Source: a virus
Taxonomy: Duplodnaviria > Caudoviricetes
DNA length: 26,003 bases
Direction: 5' to 3' (one strand)
IMG/VR virus record: IMGVR_UViG_3300038797_000108
Location: 1 to 26,003 of that record
Each line of letters begins with the position of its first letter. Position 1 is the stretch's first letter. The notes under the pieces were generated by a model, which searched no databases, was not told where the DNA came from, and saw only the letters and a list, made by a program, of their open reading frames with translations. Position numbers and translations under genes: made by a program. This document shows positions 1-6,823 of the stretch, in pieces.

Positions 1-276
1 TCAAGAGGCGCGTTTTAAGCCATTGAGCTGATTGCACTCCTTGACTGCGGCTTCCCGCTGCAAGTCGAGGTAGGCCGCAAGGTCGGTGATGTGGATACCC
101 TTAGCACTTTTCTGGCTGGGCTCCAGACGGGTGATCGGAATTTTGATCTGACCCGCCAGCACCTTGCGCTGGAACATCTCGGTGGTCAGGTGCGTGAAGT
201 AGTCCTTGCACACCTGCTCTAGTGGGATGATTGCCCGGCCATTGTATTGGGCCATCAGGATGAAGGCTGTGTTCAT
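1..276 (-). CDS. Pyocin activator PrtN family protein (91 aa)
   Basis: MNTAFILMAQYNGRAIIPLEQVCKDYFTHLT...IPITRLEPSQKSAKGIHITDLAAYLD resembles PrtN-family sequences. SD GGAG precedes ATG 276; the start overlaps the upstream stop (ATGA). Confidence 0.8.
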   Translation of the reverse strand: MNTAFILMAQYNGRAIIPLEQVCKDYFTHLTTEMFQRKVLAGQIKIPITRLEPSQKSAKGIHITDLAAYLDLQREAAVKECNQLNGLKRAS

Positions 277-443
277 CGTTTGTCTCCTGCGCGCCGGATG
301 ATGCCTTCGGCCTGGCGCTGCTTGCTGCATTTTTCGTGGTTGCCATGTGCCCGCGACCTGTCGCACTTGTCGCAGATGGTTTGTAAATCGAGAGGCGGCA
401 TTTGCCCCGTGCGGATTCGGACCGTTCGGCGAAGGGCTGTCAT
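273..443 (-). CDS. Small putative zinc-binding protein, 56 aa (absent from the ORF track)
   Basis: MTALRRTVRIRTGQMPPLDLQTICDKCDRSRAHGNHEKCSKQRQAEGIIRRAGDKR; CxxC...HxxC motif; ATGA overlaps with both neighbouring genes. Confidence 0.75.
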   Translation of the reverse strand: MTALRRTVRIRTGQMPPLDLQTICDKCDRSRAHGNHEKCSKQRQAEGIIRRAGDKR

Positions 444-2215
444 GCTGCAAGCCTCTGGTACATGCTGATCAGGTCCGCAGCATTCGCTGCGACTAGATCT
501 TCAGCCTCATCTGGACAGACGCTATTACCGATCAGTCGCACCTGGTCCGTTTTGTTGATGTCGCGCCATTCCTCGGCGCCGGTGACAGGGTCAACGAACA
601 GCCCGCGGTCGATGATGTAGTCACGGTCAAAGCCCTGCGCGGCCTTCAGTTCAGGCGGTTGCAGCATGCGCAGGGTGATGTCCACCAGCACGTATCCGCC
701 GACCAACACCATTTCGGCGGGGTCTTTGAAGTGCTCCGGCAGGTACTCGTGCATGAAGGCGGCACAGCGACGGGCGCCTTCCATCTGTTCTGATGTCAGC
801 GAGTTCGGCACCTGCACAACCTCGACCAGCGCAACCCGATCCTTCGTAGGAAGCGTGTGCATTGGCTCGGTGAGCGATATCCCGTCCTTCTCGTTACCGT
901 AGTACTTCACCAAGTAGGCGTTGGCCAGCCGCTGATTGGCGCCGGACTGGCATATGGTTGAAATTGGGTCATAGGCCGATCGGCCTTCGCCTTTGTAGTA
1001 CCCGCCGTTCGCTTGTTCGAAGAATGCGGCCGATACAGCATGGTGTCCGGTGCTGGTGGCGACCACACCGAGGGGGCGGTCGACATCAGCCCCAACCGAA
1101 CCTTTTCGCAGGGTGATCATGTTCGCCGCGGCCAGCGCGAAGTGTCCACCTTTGACCTGGGCGACTTGCGTGCGCAGCGGCTCGACCGCGCTGAAGTTGC
1201 GCTGCGCTGAGCCATTGGCGCACTCGGTGAGAAATGGTGCTGCCACCGGCTTGACCAAGGCGTGATGTGTGCCCCCGGCACTGATGGTCGACAGCGCTTC
1301 GTCCACGCCGTGGGTGCTGGTGTGTGATTCCGAGGTGCCGCGCATTGGAACAATGAACGGCTTCGCGCTGGTCAACACATGGCGCCAGCAGCCTTTGGCC
1401 ACGCGGCGCATGGTGTTCTCTGCCATTGGCTTATCGCGGAATATGGTGCGGCCGAGGTTGCTCCAGTCGATACACTCGGCAGCGGTGCGCCAAGGCAGCT
1501 GTTTGGCGGTCGGCACCTTGTGGCGTTTTGGCGCGGGCCAGACGATCGGTTTGCCGTCGCTGCGCGCCACCAGGTACAGGCGTTTTCGAATGGTAGGGGT
1601 GCCGGCGTTGGCCGCGATCCGTTCGCGCCACTCGACGTTGTAGCCGAGTCCCCGGACAAGATTTTTGACTGGCACGAACTCGCCAATTGACTGGAGTATC
1701 TCCGGCATATCGGGGTGATCGGCTGCCAGCCCGGTGCTGAGCGCGGCAATGAATGATTTGAAGGTGCGCCCGCGCTCCGACTTGATCGGCTGACCATCGT
1801 CGTCGATTGGCCCCCAGTCGCAGAACTCTTCAACGTTCTCGAGGAACATCAAGCGAGGGCGAGTGGCGTGCGCCCAACGCACGACCACCCAAGCCAGACC
1901 GCGTACGCCGCGATCGCGCGGTGCGCCGCCCTTTGCTTTGCTGTGGTGGCGGCAGTCCGGTGAGGCCCAGAGAATGCCAACTGGTTGGCCACCGGTTGCG
2001 CGGATCGGATCTACCTCGAACACGTCGGCAACGTAATGTGCTGTTTCCGGGTGATTGGCGCGATGCACAGCCAGGGCAATTGGGTTGTGGTTCACCGCGA
2101 CATCGGGCTCCCTGTAGGCCCGGGCAATGCCGGTACTCGCGCCACCACCACCAGCGAATAGATCCACCACCAGTTCTTTTTCAAATGGCAATGACAGTGA
2201 TGACATGCAGGTCAT
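440..2215 (-). CDS. DNA (cytosine-5) methyltransferase, orphan phage type
   Basis: Motif I DLFAGGGG, catalytic ASPDC, motif VI LENV, motif VIII TIRKRLYLVA, motif IX LRMLQPPEL..AQGF, motif X IGNSVCP. Confidence 0.93.
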   Translation of the reverse strand: MTCMSSLSLPFEKELVVDLFAGGGGASTGIARAYREPDVAVNHNPIALAVHRANHPETAHYVADVFEVDPIRATGGQPVGILWASPDCRHHSKAKGGAPRDRGVRGLAWVVVRWAHATRPRLMFLENVEEFCDWGPIDDDGQPIKSERGRTFKSFIAALSTGLAADHPDMPEILQSIGEFVPVKNLVRGLGYNVEWRERIAANAGTPTIRKRLYLVARSDGKPIVWPAPKRHKVPTAKQLPWRTAAECIDWSNLGRTIFRDKPMAENTMRRVAKGCWRHVLTSAKPFIVPMRGTSESHTSTHGVDEALSTISAGGTHHALVKPVAAPFLTECANGSAQRNFSAVEPLRTQVAQVKGGHFALAAANMITLRKGSVGADVDRPLGVVATSTGHHAVSAAFFEQANGGYYKGEGRSAYDPISTICQSGANQRLANAYLVKYYGNEKDGISLTEPMHTLPTKDRVALVEVVQVPNSLTSEQMEGARRCAAFMHEYLPEHFKDPAEMVLVGGYVLVDITLRMLQPPELKAAQGFDRDYIIDRGLFVDPVTGAEEWRDINKTDQVRLIGNSVCPDEAEDLVAANAADLISMYQRLAA

Positions 2216-2601
2216 GCTGCGGCTCCTGGCTGGATGGTGTCACTGATGCGGTTGGCCAGTTCGAGGATCTTTTGCGCTTGCTTCTCCGCCTTCAACTGGG
2301 TCGATTCCGTGCCGGGCATTGCTCGCCACGTCAGCTGGGCGAGAGTCAACGTTGCTTGGGCTTGTAGTAGCGTTTGATAGTCGGCCCACGTGAATATCTG
2401 TTCGCTATGTGGAAGGCGGGTCAGGCGAACGATGTCGTTAGTTAGGGCTGCTATGCGTTCCCGGTGATCTTTGAGTTCCGTGGCATGGCGTGCCGCTATG
2501 CGGGCGAAGGCCAGAAGGACTGCTTTGCGGATGAAGTAGGCCATCAGCAGCAGCCCGAGGGCTGAGCCGGCAGCGATGATGATCAGGTGTTGAGTTTGCA
2601 T
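2212..2601 (-). CDS. Hypothetical protein with N-terminal transmembrane helix and coiled coil
   Basis: LIIIAAGSALGLLLMAYFI hydrophobic stretch; SD GAGG; ATGA-coupled to the methyltransferase. Confidence 0.75.
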   Translation of the reverse strand: MQTQHLIIIAAGSALGLLLMAYFIRKAVLLAFARIAARHATELKDHRERIAALTNDIVRLTRLPHSEQIFTWADYQTLLQAQATLTLAQLTWRAMPGTESTQLKAEKQAQKILELANRISDTIQPGAAA

Positions 2602-2674
2602 GTGCTGTGTTCCTCGGTAGAGCCCGCCGCCGGGATTCTTGGTGAGAGGCCGGCGGCGGGTGTTGCAATGGTGG

Positions 2675-3487
2675 TTAGCCCAGGTTGAAGGTGCCGATGG
2701 TCAACTTCGCGGCGCCGCCGACTTCTTGCTGAACGACATCCTTGAACTCTTGGGCGAGGTCTTCGCGCAGTTGTTCTTCGCCAATCCAGCGCAGGACAAG
2801 CAGGGGTTTTTCGCCGCCGGTGAGGACGGCAACACGGAGGCGAATGATCTGGACCGTCAGCCCTTCGTAAGGCTCGACGGTAAACAGGAATTCAGCGGGC
2901 AGGCCTTCCGAAGACTTGGCCTCGATCTGGTCCATCGCCGAACGGGATGCGCTCAGGTCGCCGACGATGTGTTCGCTTTTGCGTGCTTGCTCGATGCTGA
3001 TGGAGCGGATGGCGCTCGCTGCTCTGCGCAAGTCGATGTGGCTGTCATCGGCTGTAAGGGCTTGGAGGTTCGACGACCAATCTTCAATCCAATCGCTCAG
3101 TTCTTTCTGTGCGAATTTGATGGAGGCGGCCCGCTCCAGCGCCCGGAAGGCCGCGGTCTTTCTCAGGTTGAGGGTGGCGGTGAAGTCGCCATGCCCTGGT
3201 GCTTTGGTGTCGCCCAAGTTGAAAATCACGGTGCAGGACATGGCTTCTGCGTCGACAAAGCCAGAGGCAACGACATCGGTGCTTTGTTCCATCACGTAGT
3301 TGCCGAAGTCGAGCAGTGAGTGTGTGGTGAGCGCGCCACGGAAGCGGCTGCGTGCAGCCTGGAATTTCTCGATGCTGTGGATCTTCTGATCCGACGGCAG
3401 TACCAATGTCGGGGTGAACGTGCCCAGCGGCTTGGCATAGGCCAGAACGGCAGTGTCTTGAATCAACTGAATTGCTTTGGCTTCCAT
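2675..3487 (-). CDS. YfdQ/DUF2303 family phage protein
   Basis: 270 aa with RSRFRG..TTHSL.DF, FNLG....PGHGD, QKELSDWIEDW and PYEGL signatures. Confidence 0.85.
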   Translation of the reverse strand: MEAKAIQLIQDTAVLAYAKPLGTFTPTLVLPSDQKIHSIEKFQAARSRFRGALTTHSLLDFGNYVMEQSTDVVASGFVDAEAMSCTVIFNLGDTKAPGHGDFTATLNLRKTAAFRALERAASIKFAQKELSDWIEDWSSNLQALTADDSHIDLRRAASAIRSISIEQARKSEHIVGDLSASRSAMDQIEAKSSEGLPAEFLFTVEPYEGLTVQIIRLRVAVLTGGEKPLLVLRWIGEEQLREDLAQEFKDVVQQEVGGAAKLTIGTFNLG

Positions 3488-3529
3488 TGGATCTATTTCC
3501 TTTTGGCGAGAGATATGGAGCGGGTTGGT

Positions 3530-3880
3530 TTAGGACTTGGCGTGAACCGGTGCTTCGTCGCGGTTGAACAGCTGGCCGGCGCGAGGTGCCTCGGCAAACA
3601 GCGTCAGGCGTCCGCCCTCGTTGACGTGCATCGGCGTGTCGAGCGTGGTGTCTTCGCTGCGGCTGCCACGTTTCGTTGGCACTTTGTAGGCGAGCTTGTG
3701 GTTGACGGTGACCTGGTGGCTATCGGCGATCTGCTTCAAGGTGAAGGTCAGCGTGACGGAGCCGACCTTGCCGTTATCGACAACGCCCGATGCCACTTCG
3801 GAAAGTGCATGACCGATCTGATTTGCGAATACGCCGGCGTTCAGTTCGCCGATGAATTCGGCTGTGTCGGTAGGTTTCAT
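3530..3880 (-). CDS. YfdP-like phage protein (usual partner of DUF2303)
   Basis: TDTAEFIGELNAGVF...HKLAYKVPTKRG.RSEDTT.DTPMHVNEGGRL; lies immediately upstream of DUF2303. Confidence 0.75.
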   Translation of the reverse strand: MKPTDTAEFIGELNAGVFANQIGHALSEVASGVVDNGKVGSVTLTFTLKQIADSHQVTVNHKLAYKVPTKRGSRSEDTTLDTPMHVNEGGRLTLFAEAPRAGQLFNRDEAPVHAKS

Positions 3881-3937
3881 GTGCTGTGCCTCGTTGTGCG
3901 AGTTGTTTGCCCCTGGGCGGCAGGGGCTACCGTTGAA

Positions 3938-4180
3938 TCAAGCCGCTGCCTTCGTCGCTTGGGCGTCGAGGAATTCAGCCAGGTTGTGCAGGTACACCAC
4001 CGGCTTTGCTCGTGCCGAGCAATGCAGGCGCGTTACGACCAGGGCGATACGGCCTGCCTTGATCTCGGCCAGCAGGTAGCGGTCGGTGCGGATGTGTGCG
4101 AAGTACTGTTCACGTACTGCCGACAAGGTCGGGCAGGGCGTGGCGAACTGTTTGCGTAGTTGATCGAGGGTGTCGCTCAC
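3938..4180 (-). CDS. Second PrtN-family protein (80 aa)
   Basis: TLDQLRKQFATPCPTLSAVREQYFAHI...IKAGRIALVVTRL..SARAKPVVYLHNLAEFLD aligns by eye with the PrtN at 1-276. Confidence 0.75.
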   Translation of the reverse strand: MSDTLDQLRKQFATPCPTLSAVREQYFAHIRTDRYLLAEIKAGRIALVVTRLHCSARAKPVVYLHNLAEFLDAQATKAAA

Positions 4181-4560
4181 GCGGCATCCTCCCCGAACCC
4201 CTCCGATGGGGGCACCAGCTTGAGGCCGATCAATTCGGCGAGGCCTTCTTTGCTCTTGCCTATGCCGGCGGCGCAGATGTGGCCAGCGGCGTCTGCGACT
4301 ACGGCGCCGAAGGGGTATTCGGGCGAGTTAGTCGGGGTGACGTAGGCGGTTTGGCCTTCGTGGATCACGTTGTTGACGCAACGGAACACTTCGGCCAGTT
4401 CGGTGCTGAGCGCTGGCATGCTTTCCAACAACTGGATCGCTTCGGTCGAGGCGCCCAGCATCGTGGCTCGGCTGATCACGCCCGGGCACGTCAGGTAGAT
4501 CGGGATCAGCTTCAGGGCGCCGAGCGCTTGGGTGTAGGCGTTGAGTTGATTAGTTTTCAT
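4177..4560 (-). CDS. Hypothetical protein (127 aa, MKTNQLN...)
   Basis: ATG 4560 overlaps the stop of the upstream gene, with SD AAGGA; its stop overlaps the start of the next gene. Confidence 0.7.
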   Translation of the reverse strand: MKTNQLNAYTQALGALKLIPIYLTCPGVISRATMLGASTEAIQLLESMPALSTELAEVFRCVNNVIHEGQTAYVTPTNSPEYPFGAVVADAAGHICAAGIGKSKEGLAELIGLKLVPPSEGFGEDAA

Positions 4561-4832
4561 GCGGCGGCGTCCTTTCTGGTGATGGTGATTCCAAGCTTCT
4601 TGGCCAACCAATCCACGCCGCCTTCTTTCACCATCACCACGGAGTAGTGACGGCATTTGTTGAGCGACGGGATCAAGGTGCTGCGCGGGTCCGAGTACAG
4701 GTGCCCACGGTCTCTGTACTGGCTGGCAAGGTCACCACTGCTATTCAAAATGCCCAGTTCCCGCAGCCTTGTGCGGAATGCGCGGGGCTTGAGGCCGAGC
4801 ACTGCGGCCGTTTCGGCCAAGGTGCGGTTCAT
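4557..4832 (-). CDS. Phage antirepressor KilAC/ANT-like domain protein (91 aa)
   Basis: TLAETAAVLGLKPRAF...L..LGIL...ASQYRDRG.L...VMVKEGGVDWLAKKL pattern; SD GAGG before ATG 4832. Confidence 0.65.
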   Translation of the reverse strand: MNRTLAETAAVLGLKPRAFRTRLRELGILNSSGDLASQYRDRGHLYSDPRSTLIPSLNKCRHYSVVMVKEGGVDWLAKKLGITITRKDAAA

Positions 4833-4842
4833 GGCGCTGGCC

Positions 4843-5214
4843 TCAGGCGGCAATCAGTTTGCGGACGCGGTCAAGCAAGGCTTCCGAGTCCGCCAGCGCT
4901 TGATCGATTTGCGCCAAGCGGCCTATCTGCCCGGGTGGCGCGGGTTGCGCAGACTCGATTCGGCCGTTCGCAATGTCCTGAATGAACTCCCGCAGGTGTA
5001 GGTGGTTGGCCCGGTCCGCACGCCTGAGGGTCAATTCACCGGTAAGGCCGCCCAGGTCAACATTGACGACTGCGGTGGTATCGGTGAGCTCGATCTCAAA
5101 GCGTGCATGGACTGTTTGCTCTGGGCGTTGGAGAGGGCACACGGCTGCGCCACCGACTTGCAGCATGTGGTGCAACAGCTCTTGTTTTGCGAGCGGGATT
5201 AGATAGCTATTCAT
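4843..5214 (-). CDS. Hypothetical protein (123 aa)
   Basis: In operon; ATGA-coupled to the upstream ORF. Confidence 0.7.
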   Translation of the reverse strand: MNSYLIPLAKQELLHHMLQVGGAAVCPLQRPEQTVHARFEIELTDTTAVVNVDLGGLTGELTLRRADRANHLHLREFIQDIANGRIESAQPAPPGQIGRLAQIDQALADSEALLDRVRKLIAA

Positions 5215-5411
5215 GCTGCGTCGCCCCCGTAAGGCCGCGAGCTATCGGCGGCGGTGCTGGTGGACTCGATAGCCGCGGTGCGACCTTTGGGTGTGGTGAT
5301 CACGAGCAGCCCGGTACGGCGCTGGATGGCTTCGACTGCTGCCCGGCTGCTGCATGCAGAGGGGTGCAGGTAGACCGGGCAGCGTGTGTTGCTGTGCTGT
5401 GTGGTTTGCAT
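5211..5411 (-). CDS. First gene of the pL operon, hypothetical 66 aa (MQTTQHSNTRCPVYLHP...)
   Basis: ATG at 5411 is the first start downstream of predicted pL; ATGA overlap with the next gene. Confidence 0.7.
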   Translation of the reverse strand: MQTTQHSNTRCPVYLHPSACSSRAAVEAIQRRTGLLVITTPKGRTAAIESTSTAADSSRPYGGDAA

Positions 5412-5448
5412 GGCTCGTACTCTTTGGTGAGAGGTAGATACGAGTGCA

Positions 5449-5477
5449 AAATTAGTATCACTGATTAAATAAGTCAA
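5449..5477 (-). promoter_or_regulatory. pL-like sigma70 promoter
   Basis: Minus strand TTGACT-17 bp-TAATTT, overlapped by operator-like palindromes. Confidence 0.75.
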
Positions 5478-5490
5478 CAGTAACACTTAT
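5451..5490. promoter_or_regulatory. OL-like operators (two 15-bp pseudo-palindromes)
   Basis: ATTAGTATCACTGAT (5451-5465) and AACAGTAACACTTAT (5476-5490); the same AGT-N3-ACT core occurs at pR. Confidence 0.65.
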
Positions 5491-5518
5491 AAAATGAGTG
5501 AAATAAAAGTAGCAGACG

Positions 5519-5545
5519 AAAAAAAAGCCCCAAGGGGGCCTTTTC
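5519..5545 (-). terminator. Intrinsic terminator downstream of cI
   Basis: Minus strand GCCCC-CTT-GGGGC followed by a long T run. Confidence 0.75.
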
Positions 5546-5557
5546 GATTGTGGTGAT

Positions 5558-6355
5558 TCAGAGCATCACGGAATACCAGAATACCTTCCCGATGACGCGT
5601 ATGTGTTGCTGAACGTAGTCTCCTTCATAGCGCTCGTCTGGGTGCTCTTCAGTGTTATAGCTTCGAAGACGCAGCCCGGAACCAGGTAGTCGGTAAAGAA
5701 GCTTCACGCGGAGCTGTCCGTCATGATCAATTGCGTACATCTTTCCGTCTTGAATGGTTGTGTTCGCAGTGTCTACGCCAACGGTGCTGCCGTCCGGAAG
5801 TACGGGTTCCATACTGTTGCCAGTGACTGGTACGCATCCTGCAGCCGCGGGATCAATGCTCTTTCTCTTCAGCGTTCGCTTGCCGAAACGCAATTTTCGG
5901 CCGTTTGTTTCAAGCATCACCTCAGAGCCCTTACCTGCCGACAATTCTACTTCCTTAAAGAATGGCAGCTCGACTTCATCAGGTCCGAGCGGGGTGTCAT
6001 CGTCCCAAACCTCGATTGGGTGCATTTCCCAATCGGTGCTTCTGGTTTTTTCTGAGGCTCCCTCCGACTGCCTCAAGCGAGGCATTTCTGCAAGCCCGGC
6101 TAGGCGCGGGCTGACCTCGTCGAGCGAAAAGCCCAGCACGTTGGCAAATTTGATGAGCGCTCCGATGTTCAGTGGGATGCGGCCATTCAAGTACTGACTC
6201 ACAACGCTCTGGCCAGACCACTCGCAGAGATCGGCGATTTTGTCTTGCGTCAGGGATGGGTCTTTCCGCTTGCGATCCTGATAAATAGCCTTCAAGCGCA
6301 TGGCTTCGGCTTTTCGGGTCTCGTCATCGGCAATAAGTGGGATTGAGATAATCAT
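5558..6355 (-). CDS. cI: CI-type phage repressor (HTH + S24 autopeptidase), PrtR/LexA-like
   Basis: HTH LTQDKIADLCEWSGQSVVSQYLNG; cleavage site LSAG; catalytic GNSMEP and RVKLL; C-terminal VIGKVFW; divergent from cro. Confidence 0.93.
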   Translation of the reverse strand: MIISIPLIADDETRKAEAMRLKAIYQDRKRKDPSLTQDKIADLCEWSGQSVVSQYLNGRIPLNIGALIKFANVLGFSLDEVSPRLAGLAEMPRLRQSEGASEKTRSTDWEMHPIEVWDDDTPLGPDEVELPFFKEVELSAGKGSEVMLETNGRKLRFGKRTLKRKSIDPAAAGCVPVTGNSMEPVLPDGSTVGVDTANTTIQDGKMYAIDHDGQLRVKLLYRLPGSGLRLRSYNTEEHPDERYEGDYVQQHIRVIGKVFWYSVML

Positions 6356-6362
6356 GCTTCCC

Positions 6363-6390
6363 AATTTATAAGGAAGGCTTATTTTTTCAA
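6363..6390 (-). promoter_or_regulatory. pRM-like promoter, probably giving a leaderless cI mRNA
   Basis: TTGAAA-16 bp-TAAATT, then 7 nt to the A of ATG 6355. Confidence 0.5.
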
Positions 6391-6439
6391 AACAGTCATA
6401 CGTCTTTTTTGCTTGCTGTTTAAAAGAAGTAACACTAAT
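6368..6439. promoter_or_regulatory. OR-like operators
   Basis: AGAAGTAACACTAAT (6425-6439), plus weaker AACAGTCATACGTCT (6391-6405) and ATAAGGAAGGCTTAT (6368-6382); similar to the OL sites. Confidence 0.55.
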
Positions 6440-6441
6440 AT
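6413..6441 (+). promoter_or_regulatory. pR-like sigma70 promoter
   Basis: TTGCTG-17 bp-TAATAT upstream of cro. Confidence 0.7.
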
Positions 6442-6473
6442 CCATACCGCAACGCCCATTCGAGGAAACGTGG

Positions 6474-6683
6474 ATGGCTAACGAAATAGGTATCCCTCTG
6501 GAGGAATTTGCAGAGGGAAAGACTCAACCAGAGCTGGCTTTACTCATTGGGGTTTCGCAAAGCGCTGTGTCTCAAATGCTCAACTCGGCTCGGGATATTC
6601 GTGTGCGGGTTGATGAGAAAGGGGCATGTTCTGCGGTAGAGATTCGTCCAATCGGATCGCGCCGCAAGCCCAAAGCTGCTTAA
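6474..6683 (+). CDS. cro: Cro-like repressor
   Basis: 69 aa HTH (TQPELALLIGVSQSAVSQML) with lambda-Cro-like C-terminal strands (RDIRVRVDEKGACSAVEIRP); divergent from cI. Confidence 0.88.
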   Translation: MANEIGIPLEEFAEGKTQPELALLIGVSQSAVSQMLNSARDIRVRVDEKGACSAVEIRPIGSRRKPKAA

Positions 6684-6763
6684 AAAGGTGCCGAGCTGGG
6701 GCCTCTCACCAAAGAATCCCCCAGCCCAGCTACGACGACACACAGCACATGCACATCGGTCGT
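6682..6763 (-). ncRNA. Predicted ~82-nt two-hairpin antisense/trans-acting small RNA
   Basis: Upstream promoter TAGCCA-17-TATCCT; two stem-loops; 3' stem pairs with G-U only on this strand; ends CACCUUUUU; loops complementary to four sites in the left operon. Confidence 0.65.
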
Positions 6764-6769
6764 GGTCAT

Positions 6770-6798
6770 AGGATAGGGTTTGCCCTGGCCTATGGCTA
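6770..6798 (-). promoter_or_regulatory. Leftward sigma70-like promoter for the predicted sRNA (pRE-like position)
   Basis: -35 TAGCCA (6798-6793), 17-bp spacer, -10 TATCCT (6775-6770); predicted +1 is A at 6763, the first base of hairpin 1. Confidence 0.55.
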
Positions 6799-6823
6799 CA
6801 CCGTAAACAGGGGATTTACGGTT

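Noticed and set aside
101-346. ORF MATTKNAA... and a CATGTGC 7-mer resembling box b
   Set aside because: Overlaps PrtN and the better-supported 56-aa ORF; the 7-mer lies inside coding sequence and is too short
2639-4647. Plus-strand ORFs 2639-3319, 3320-4159 and 4096-4647
   Set aside because: Opposite to a tightly coupled leftward operon with recognisable products
4830-4842. Box-b-like CATGGCGCTG at the antirepressor start
   Set aside because: Needs a bulge and a wobble for about 9 pairs; not distinguishable from chance
5393-6763. Classical lambda nut (boxA/boxB) or HK022 put sites
   Set aside because: Positions after pL and cro fit, but there is no boxB GNRA-type loop or N-like gene, and the copies sit over start codons. 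The antisense model explains the promoter, U-tail and wobble pattern better; this alternative is not fully excluded
6626-6823. N-terminal extension of cII in the ORF track
   Set aside because: Overlaps cro and the structured spacer; the SD supports ATG 6824
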